Shown: in pieces, positions 57,284 to 64,000 of the stretch | Layout of the letters: the number at the start of each line of letters is the position of its first letter | How positions within the stretch are numbered: position 1 is the stretch's first letter | Assembly: GCA_964624065.1 (NCBI GenBank) | Contig: CAZUWF010000009.1 | Location: 6,742 to 70,741 of the forward strand | Source: an uncultured Bacteroidales bacterium | GTDB lineage: Bacteria > Bacteroidota > Bacteroidia > Bacteroidales > UBA7960 | DNA length: 64,000 nucleotides | Direction: 5' to 3' | Notes under the pieces: model-generated | The model's input: only the letters and a program-made list of their open reading frames with translations | Told to the model about the DNA's origin: nothing | Databases searched by the model: none | Position numbers and translations under genes: made by a program

Positions 57284-57901
57284 CTAACCATTTATGATTA
57301 TTGAATTCTTACTTAACCTTGCCCTCGCTTCAAGGTATTCGTCAATCTTCTGGCATATTGTGGAGAAGACTTCGGTCACTGGAAACATACCCGAAATTGA
57401 AACGAACTTACCCTGGTGCTTGTAATAATCGATCAGGGGGAAGGTTTGCTCTTTGTAAACCGATATTCTCTGCTTTATTATCTCGTCTTTGTCGTCGCTC
57501 CTTCCAGAATCTTGCCCGCGACCCACCAGACGTTTGAAAATCTCTTCCTCGGTAACCTCAATTGACAGAACAATGTCAACAGATGTTTTGTTTTTCGCAA
57601 GCAGCTTGTCCAACTTTTCGGCCTGAACAATTGTTCGGGGAAAACCATCAAAAATCATCCCATCACCTCCCAACTTACTAGCACCCCTCTCGTAGAGCAA
57701 ATCCATTACTATTTTATCCGGAACCAGCCTCCCCTTGTCTATGTATTTTCTGAAGGTTTGACCCAGGGTGCTGTTTTTGACCATTTCCTCACGCATGATA
57801 TCTCCGGTACTCAAATGTACGAGGTTGTACTTCTTAATAATGTTCATCGACTGGGTACCCTTACCCGAACCTGGGGGACCAAATAAAATTACGTTAAGCA
57901 T
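57284..57901 (-). CDS. adk: adenylate kinase
   Basis: MLNVILFGPPGSGKGTQS, plus an LSTGD motif matching the canonical adenylate kinase ISTGD. Confidence 0.95.
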   Translation of the reverse strand: MLNVILFGPPGSGKGTQSMNIIKKYNLVHLSTGDIMREEMVKNSTLGQTFRKYIDKGRLVPDKIVMDLLYERGASKLGGDGMIFDGFPRTIVQAEKLDKLLAKNKTSVDIVLSIEVTEEEIFKRLVGRGQDSGRSDDKDEIIKQRISVYKEQTFPLIDYYKHQGKFVSISGMFPVTEVFSTICQKIDEYLEARARLSKNSIIING

Positions 57902-57928
57902 AAGGCTTTAAGTTTTTCTATATGACGA

Positions 57929-58465
57929 TTAATCCACAATCCTGTAAATATCTTTAAGGTTCCGCCCCAGACCGTTGTAGTCAAGGCCATAGCCAAGAAT
58001 GAAATCGTTTGGAATCTCGATTCCCACATAATCAGGGTTAATTTCTGTTTTCAAAGCTTTTGGCTTGAGCAAAAGGGTGGCAATCTTCACGGAAGAAGGG
58101 TTGTGCCTTTTGAGGTCCGCCAATAGTTTAGAAACCGTGATGCCTGTATCAATAATATCTTCGAGAATAATAATGTCCCTACCCTCAATGTCCTGGTCCA
58201 GTCCTATAAGTGTTATGACCTCTTCGGTGCTTTTCGTGCCTCGATAGGAAGAAAGTTTGATAAAACAAATTTCTGCCAGGTATTTGTAGGCCTTGAACAA
58301 GTCGGAAGAAAACATGAAAGATCCGTTCAAAACAGATATAAACAAGGGGTTTTTCTCCTTGTAATCCTCCATAATATTACCGGCAACATTTTTTACTGCC
58401 TCCAACACCTCCTCGTGCTTTATGTAGGGCTCGAAGTACTTGTCGTGAACTTTGATTCTTTCCAT
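57929..58465 (-). CDS. hpt: hypoxanthine phosphoribosyltransferase
   Basis: RDIIILEDIIDTGITVS (PRPP-binding motif) and IPNDFILGYGLDY. Confidence 0.9.
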   Translation of the reverse strand: MERIKVHDKYFEPYIKHEEVLEAVKNVAGNIMEDYKEKNPLFISVLNGSFMFSSDLFKAYKYLAEICFIKLSSYRGTKSTEEVITLIGLDQDIEGRDIIILEDIIDTGITVSKLLADLKRHNPSSVKIATLLLKPKALKTEINPDYVGIEIPNDFILGYGLDYNGLGRNLKDIYRIVD

Positions 58466-58512
58466 AAATCGCTCATTCTATTTATATCCAGCAAGTGAGA
58501 AATAACAAGCCA

Positions 58513-58520
58513 CAAAGCTA
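58513..58520 (-). promoter_or_regulatory. candidate -7 promoter box for hpt-adk-(small ORF)-obg
   Basis: The minus strand reads TAGCTTTG, 47 nt upstream of ATG 58465. Confidence 0.45.
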
Positions 58521-58610
58521 ACAAAAGAATCGACAAACAAAAAAAGTTTTTTTGTTTCAAAGTTTCTGGGAAAATTTGTATCTTGCAGAGAAATAGAAAG
58601 TCAAAACATT

Positions 58611-58994
58611 ATGGTGAAAGTTGAGCATTTTACCATGGAGTTCCATTTAGAAACTACCCCAAAATTGCTTTTTACCTTAATTTCCACACCCGAAGGCCTT
58701 ACCCGGTGGTTTGCCCCAACAATCAAAACAGGCGACGACACCTTGGTGTTTCAATGGCCCAGTAACGAGCAAATGGTGCGTGTAATGCACGCTAAGGAGA
58801 GCGAGTATGTAATATTTCAGTGGCTCGAAGATTACCACAAGGGATATGACCTCCAAATGCGAATAGAAACCGAGTCGGATGCCAGCGGGGTTACATTGGT
58901 GATTAGTGATTTTGCCGAGGTTGGCGATGTTGATTTTTCAAAAAGAATTTGGGAATCCTTGGTGGGGAAGCTTCAGAAAATCTTCCATAACTGA
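58611..58994 (+). CDS. SRPBCC/START-like (AHSA1-type) small protein
   Basis: 127 aa. TPKLLFTLISTPEGLTRWFA is a typical AHSA1/START N-terminal pattern. Confidence 0.6.
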   Translation: MVKVEHFTMEFHLETTPKLLFTLISTPEGLTRWFAPTIKTGDDTLVFQWPSNEQMVRVMHAKESEYVIFQWLEDYHKGYDLQMRIETESDASGVTLVISDFAEVGDVDFSKRIWESLVGKLQKIFHN

Positions 58995-59203
58995 TCAGTC
59001 AGACCGTTGTCTTGGCTCCGATGATTGGTTTTTTGTTCATAGGTTAAAAGGTACGATTTTTGTGCTTCTATTTGAACGTTTCAGGCGTTAAAACGTTTTG
59101 TTAGTTAACTAGATTAAATTTGGAGCCTGGTGCAAGGTACAGGTAATTGAGACGATTTTGGAACTAGGTTAAGGTTGGGTTTTGGTTACACCGCTTAAAA
59201 ATT

Positions 59204-62200
59204 TTGAAAACAATGTTAAATTCTCACTCTTTTACTCGGTTGAAAATTTTACTTTTTGCTCTAGGAGCCACAATGTTCTTTTCACATAGCCTTATGGCTC
59301 AATATTTTGGAAGGAATAAGCCCTCGTACCGCAGCTTCGATTTCAAGGTTTTTCAAACCCCCCATTTTGATATTTATCATTATTTTGATGGCGATTCGGT
59401 GATTCGTGCATTGGCAGAATCATTCGAGAAATGGTATCAGAGGCACCAGGCGGTTTTTAACGACCCTTTCGAAGAACGAAATCCTATATTTATTTATTCG
59501 AACCACCCCGATTTCCAGCAAACCACTGCAATTAGCGGCTCGATAGATGTTGGCGTACAGGGTGTTACCGAAGCGTTGAAAAACCGTGTGGTTATTCCAG
59601 TGCTTGAAACAAACGCCCAAACTGACCATGTTATCGGACACGAATTGGTGCACGTATTTCATTTCAGGGAAATCATCAACAACGACAGCCTTTCTCTTCA
59701 GTCCTTGCGAAACCTTCCCCTGTGGTTGGTCGAAGGTATGGCAGAGTATTTTTCGATAGGGAGCAACGATCCGCATACCTCAATGATAATTCGTGATGCA
59801 ATACATCAGAAAGATTTCCCAACCTTGAGGCAAATGACAACCAACTTCAGGTACAACCCATACAGGTACGGCCACGCTTTCGTTGCATTTTTCGGGCGTA
59901 CCTGGGGCGACGATTTAATTGCCCCATTTTACGCCGCCACTGCAATGCATGGTCACGAAATTGCATTCGAACGGATAATTGGGTTGAGCGAGTCGGCTGT
60001 TTCGGCCCTTTGGAAAAGCTCGCTTGAAGGATATTATGCTCCTTTGATGGCCGATTCGCTAAGGCACGTCGCGCCGGGTAAAAAGATTGTTTCCGAAACA
60101 AACGGTGGCGAGATTAATATTAGCCCGTCGCTCAGTCCTGATGGCAAGTACATAACTTTTTTTTCCGAACGCGACCTTATTTCCATAGACTTGTTTTTGG
60201 CCGAGGCCGAAACTGGCCGAGTGATTCGGAAACTTAACAGTGCCGCTCGAAACAGAGACATTGACGGGTTTAACTTTTTCGAGTCGGTGGGCACTTGGTC
60301 GCCGGATGGGCGGCAATTTGCTTACGTTACCATTAAAAAGGGCAGGAATCAGTTGATGATTGTTGATGTCAATAGGCCTAATCGAGTAAGTGAGATTATA
60401 ATTCCTGGGGTGAATAGTTTCAACAACCCCGCTTGGTCGCCCGACGGAAAATCAATAGCCCTCAACGGCATTGTGGATGGTAAAACCGACCTCTTTCTGT
60501 TCAACTTGGAGACTTCTGGGGTTACAAACATCACGAAGGATAGGTATTCTTACATTCATTCCACTTGGTCGGCAGATGGTAGGTACCTTGCCTTCGCCAC
60601 TGACAGACCCCAAGCATCGCAAATGGGATCCGGGCTGAACTATAATTTCAACCTAGGTTTCATAGATATGCTTGATCCAGCTTTAAAGGTGAACGTTTTG
60701 GATGTTTTCCCGGGTGCGCAGAATGTTAACCCAGTATTCTCGCCAGATAAGAAAATGCTTTATTTCCTTTCAAATCGCGATGGTTACCGCAACCTTTACT
60801 CTGTTGATTTTGCAACCATGCAGGTGAGCCAACTAACCGATCTTTTTACCGGAATAACAGGAATAACCCAACTTACACCAGCTTTCAATGTAGCGCGGAA
60901 TAGTGGCGAGATCGTTTACACCCATTTCCAAGGGAGGAAATTTTCGATTTACAAGACCAAACCCGAAGATTTTTTTCCTCGAGGGGTTGATGCACTGTTT
61001 GTTGACGCCAGGCATGCCACCATGCCCCCTTTCGACAGGTCCACCAAACCAATTGTTGATACAAATCTTGCCTCCCAACCGAGCGAACAATTATTCCCTG
61101 TGGATTCATTTGCCGAGGTGCCTTTCAAGTCGCGCTTTTCACTTTCGTACATTGGCAATTCTGGAATGGGTGCTTCGGCCAGCAGGTGGGGTGCCGGTAT
61201 GGCCGGAGGAGTTTCGATGTTGTTTAGCGATATAACCGGCGACAACCAAATGTTTGCCAATGTGGCGGTAAATGGTGAGATTTACGATTTTGGTGGACAG
61301 GTAGGTTACCTTAACCAAAAGGGACGATTCAAATGGGGTGGGTCAGTATCGCACGTGCCGTATCGATTCGATTACCTCCAGCTAATAAGAGATGCGGAGG
61401 TGGTCCAAATTGGCGGTCAGCAATACTATTTGGATAACTTGAGATTGGTTACAAATAGAATTTTCGAAGACCAGGTGTCAATTTTTGCCTTCTACCCGTT
61501 TTCCACCACACGTAGGTTTGAAGTTTCGGCCGGGATGTCATGGTATTACTATCGCATCGACGCGTTCAATACCTACTTTTTCAAGTGGGGGGAGTTTTAC
61601 GGCCAAAACCGTCGAAAACTCGAAGCTCCTGAAGGCTTTAACCTTCAACAGTTAGGGGCAGCCTATGTGGGTGACAATTCCTTCTTTGGCATTGGCTCGC
61701 CAATAGACGGAACGAGATACCGGCTTGGATTGGAACAATATTTCGGAACCCTGGAAATGACAAGTGTAACGGTCGATTACAGGCGCTACTTTTTTGCCAA
61801 ACCATTTACTTTTGCTTTCAGGGGAACCCACCTTGGAAGGTATGGTCAAAAGGTTGACAATCAAAATATTTTTTACCCAATGTACCTTGGATATCCAGGT
61901 TTCGTAAGGGGTACCGACGTTCGATCCTTGCAAAAGGTTGAAACAGTTGACTTTCCGGTTGACGATACCACGGTTAGGAACCTGCTCGGCAGCAAGGCTA
62001 TACTTGCTGGTGCAGAAATCAGAATTCCTCTTACGGGCCCTAGGAGGTTGGGATTAATACCCAACAATTTTTTGTTTAGCGAGTTTGTTTTGTTTTTTGA
62101 TGCTGGGGTGGTGTGGCGAAACAACGACAAACTTACCCTAGATAGGAGCCTTGTTCGATCGACCTTCCCGCTGGATTCGAATCCTGCTGTGGAGGGTTAT

Positions 62201-62347
62201 TACCAATACCCGTTTTTTTCGATTGGTCCTGCCTTAAGGATAAACCTTTTCGGCGCCCTAATACTTGAACCTTACCTGGCATTTCCCTTCCAGAAGAGCG
62301 GCCCAACCAAAGGTGTGTGGGGGTTGAACTTTATACCAGGTTGGTAA
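59204..62347 (+). CDS. large outer-membrane protein: HExxH gluzincin-like domain + PD40/TolB-like repeats + Omp85-like C-terminal barrel
   Basis: Signal peptide. HELVH (59639-59653) plus WLVEGMAEY. PD40 repeats are present (SPDGKYITFFSERD, SPDGRQFAYV, SPDGKSIALNG, SADGRYLAFATDR, SPDKKMLYFLSNRDGYRNLY). The C-terminus has GFVRGTD (VRG at 61904-61912), GAEIRIPL and a terminal aromatic W. The start is TTG 59204 or ATG 59213. Confidence 0.75.
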   Translation: MKTMLNSHSFTRLKILLFALGATMFFSHSLMAQYFGRNKPSYRSFDFKVFQTPHFDIYHYFDGDSVIRALAESFEKWYQRHQAVFNDPFEERNPIFIYSNHPDFQQTTAISGSIDVGVQGVTEALKNRVVIPVLETNAQTDHVIGHELVHVFHFREIINNDSLSLQSLRNLPLWLVEGMAEYFSIGSNDPHTSMIIRDAIHQKDFPTLRQMTTNFRYNPYRYGHAFVAFFGRTWGDDLIAPFYAATAMHGHEIAFERIIGLSESAVSALWKSSLEGYYAPLMADSLRHVAPGKKIVSETNGGEINISPSLSPDGKYITFFSERDLISIDLFLAEAETGRVIRKLNSAARNRDIDGFNFFESVGTWSPDGRQFAYVTIKKGRNQLMIVDVNRPNRVSEIIIPGVNSFNNPAWSPDGKSIALNGIVDGKTDLFLFNLETSGVTNITKDRYSYIHSTWSADGRYLAFATDRPQASQMGSGLNYNFNLGFIDMLDPALKVNVLDVFPGAQNVNPVFSPDKKMLYFLSNRDGYRNLYSVDFATMQVSQLTDLFTGITGITQLTPAFNVARNSGEIVYTHFQGRKFSIYKTKPEDFFPRGVDALFVDARHATMPPFDRSTKPIVDTNLASQPSEQLFPVDSFAEVPFKSRFSLSYIGNSGMGASASRWGAGMAGGVSMLFSDITGDNQMFANVAVNGEIYDFGGQVGYLNQKGRFKWGGSVSHVPYRFDYLQLIRDAEVVQIGGQQYYLDNLRLVTNRIFEDQVSIFAFYPFSTTRRFEVSAGMSWYYYRIDAFNTYFFKWGEFYGQNRRKLEAPEGFNLQQLGAAYVGDNSFFGIGSPIDGTRYRLGLEQYFGTLEMTSVTVDYRRYFFAKPFTFAFRGTHLGRYGQKVDNQNIFYPMYLGYPGFVRGTDVRSLQKVETVDFPVDDTTVRNLLGSKAILAGAEIRIPLTGPRRLGLIPNNFLFSEFVLFFDAGVVWRNNDKLTLDRSLVRSTFPLDSNPAVEGYYQYPFFSIGPALRINLFGALILEPYLAFPFQKSGPTKGVWGLNFIPGW

Positions 62348-62422
62348 ACACTGCTTCAAGCAAAGAAATTCTCAGAAAATGCAGCGTGGGGACTTTGTGC
62401 CGCCCCGTCAAAATTTTTTAAA

Positions 62423-64000
62423 TTACTCTGAATTTGCATTGGATGGGAGTTCAAGTCCATAACCTCTTTTCCTGTCTTCTCTTTTTAGCAGGTAGGCTAG
62501 TAAAACTGAAATCAAGCCACATCCAACCAACATTAGCATTGGATATGTGTAATTGTAAAATGGCACCTCTCCCGCCACCTGAAGTTCGCTAATACGTGCA
62601 GAAATTTCTCCGGCGCTCAATCCTTGAGCGGCAAGGGCTTCTCTTGTGGCCGCAATGGTTTTTTCAACAACTGGGTTAACCTTTGACAAAAGCCAGCCTA
62701 TGCCAAAGAAAAAGGCTCCGAGCCCCCAGTTTTGGAGTGTAAACATTGAGGCATAGGCCGTTCCCAGCCTATTGTCGGGCACAATTTTGGCCACCGCCGG
62801 CCACATAGCCGCGGGAACCAACGAAAAGGCTATCCCGAGACTCAACAAACCCAAGTATGCCAACAAAGGAGTGCTAAACAAGGACAATGCAAGGTTGGCA
62901 AAAATCAACAAGAAGGATCCCAAAATCATAATCGATGCTGCCTTTCCCTTGGTGTCAACGTACTTGCCAAATATAGGGGTGAAAACTATAGACCCAAGCG
63001 GTATAAGCGAAGCTGCCTTCGGACCGTTAACCAGCCAAATCGAGATATTGTCCTTGACCTGGTAAAAAAGAAATATTAAGGCGAGAATCAAGGCCGAAAC
63101 CACCAAAAGCTTGGTTTTCCTGTCCTTGAAAAAATCCGGAATTAGTGTAAAGCCCAAAGCGAACAAAAAGATAATAACAAATACGGCAGCACTGCCCAGG
63201 CCTTCGCTGCCAAATAGGAGAATCGAAGCCCCTTCGGGCAAGTTGTACGAAAAGCCAAATTTGTTTACCAGAAGATCGGGAGCGTATTGTATGAACGGAA
63301 AGACAGAGGCATAAAAGGCAACGCATAAAAAAGCGATGAAAATAAAGGCTTTTGTTGATATGAGTTTTACCAGGTCTCTTAATCGAAAGTCTTCATCTAT
63401 TTGATCCTGGCCAAGAGAAACTTTTCTTGTCTTAAGCTGCTTGTCAAACTTGACGTCAAAAAACAAGAAAACCACAAACATCAGGAAGGTTGCCACAAGG
63501 GTTGCGGCTCCAAAAACCACGGATGGTGCAACATAAGGTCCGCCAATATTAAGCGTAATCGCAAGTGCAAGGGCTGTGCCTAACCTGCCAAAACCAACAC
63601 TAATTGCCATTCCAAGGGCTAGCTCGTGACCCTTGAACCATTTGACAATGGCCCTGGTTACCACTACCAGCGCAGACTCTAACCCCATTCCGAATAACAG
63701 TCGTCCGATTATTAAGCCTGTCAGGATTGAAGACTTGTCGGTGCCGAAATAACCGGCCGTGGTCATTGCCGAAATTATTCCTCCCAAAACAGTTATCCCT
63801 CCGAAAAGTAACCCTGCCACCTTGACTCCAAACTTATCAATTATTATTCCACCCACTATTATCATTCCAAACATATTGGGAAGGGTCATGAAAAATAGTA
63901 TCTTGCCAAACTCTTCGCTAGATATTCCGTACTGCGACTCCAACAGCCCCCGCAATGGTGCAAAGAAATCGTAAAAATAATAGGTCGAAAACATTAGGCC
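62423..64000 (-). CDS. MFS transporter (MFSD1-like), N-terminus beyond the right edge
   Basis: Polytopic. The frame stays open to position 64000 upstream of the track Met (63994). YYFYDFFAPL resembles the region after TM1 in this family, so TM1 is missing. Confidence 0.7.
   Translation of the reverse strand, partial: GLMFSTYYFYDFFAPLRGLLESQYGISSEEFGKILFFMTLPNMFGMIIVGGIIIDKFGVKVAGLLFGGITVLGGIISAMTTAGYFGTDKSSILTGLIIGRLLFGMGLESALVVVTRAIVKWFKGHELALGMAISVGFGRLGTALALAITLNIGGPYVAPSVVFGAATLVATFLMFVVFLFFDVKFDKQLKTRKVSLGQDQIDEDFRLRDLVKLISTKAFIFIAFLCVAFYASVFPFIQYAPDLLVNKFGFSYNLPEGASILLFGSEGLGSAAVFVIIFLFALGFTLIPDFFKDRKTKLLVVSALILALIFLFYQVKDNISIWLVNGPKAASLIPLGSIVFTPIFGKYVDTKGKAASIMILGSFLLIFANLALSLFSTPLLAYLGLLSLGIAFSLVPAAMWPAVAKIVPDNRLGTAYASMFTLQNWGLGAFFFGIGWLLSKVNPVVEKTIAATREALAAQGLSAGEISARISELQVAGEVPFYNYTYPMLMLVGCGLISVLLAYLLKREDRKRGYGLELPSNANSE

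Noticed and set aside
62381-62420. Possible terminator after the 1047-aa gene (GTGGGG ... CCCCGT followed by a T-run)
   Set aside because: The stem needs two G-U pairs and an 11-nt loop, and CAAAA separates it from the T-run. It is too weak to list as a feature.
1-64000. Search by eye for tRNA T-arms (GGTTCGAATCC-like), rRNA, CRISPR repeat arrays, IS/transposase or integrase genes, and toxin-antitoxin or defence gene signatures
   Set aside because: I found none. GGTTCGAAC at 33185-33193 and GAGTTCGAATTTGG near 17730 lack complementary T-stems. Manual scanning could miss degenerate elements, so tRNAscan-SE, Infernal and ISfinder searches would be decisive.

Overview
This is a 64-kb chromosomal segment that looks like a Bacteroidota genome. 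TAnnTTTG -7 promoter boxes recur 25-60 nt upstream of start codons, Shine-Dalgarno sequences are almost absent, and the gene families are typical of the phylum. Sample lines counted by hand give about 40-48 % G+C in genes. I call 54 protein-coding genes, two of them cut by the window edges. I found no rRNA, tRNA, CRISPR array or recognisable mobile element. Most of the content is core housekeeping: rsmE; folE; glgA-glgC; H+-pyrophosphatase; a nuclease-nupC-thyA-folA row; dnaB; rpsF-rpsR-rplI; dnaX; rplU-rpmA; serS; rsmA; thrS-infC-rpmI-rplT; obg-adk-hpt. I did not find a clear, self-contained novel system such as a defence island or biosynthetic cluster. The items worth a second look, in order of interest, are:
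1. An A13 run inside dnaX with stop codons 1-3 codons away in both alternative frames. It is a candidate tau/gamma recoding site.
2. A secreted protein carrying three copies of an NPPHG(Q/E)PWHRC(D/E)I-VGxPL His/Cys motif.
3. A 1047-aa protein that fuses an HExxH gluzincin domain, PD40/TolB-like repeats and an Omp85-like barrel with a VRG motif.
4. A tightly packed five-gene operon of unknown pathway: DUF2141, NTF2-like, SDR, FAD-oxidoreductase and esterase.
5. Two roughly 1-kb stretches (7316-8386 and 32947-33913) with coding-like base composition but no credible ORF. They could be decayed genes or unannotated structured RNA.
Several ORF-track entries have spurious N-terminal extensions, and I shortened them using homology and promoter position.
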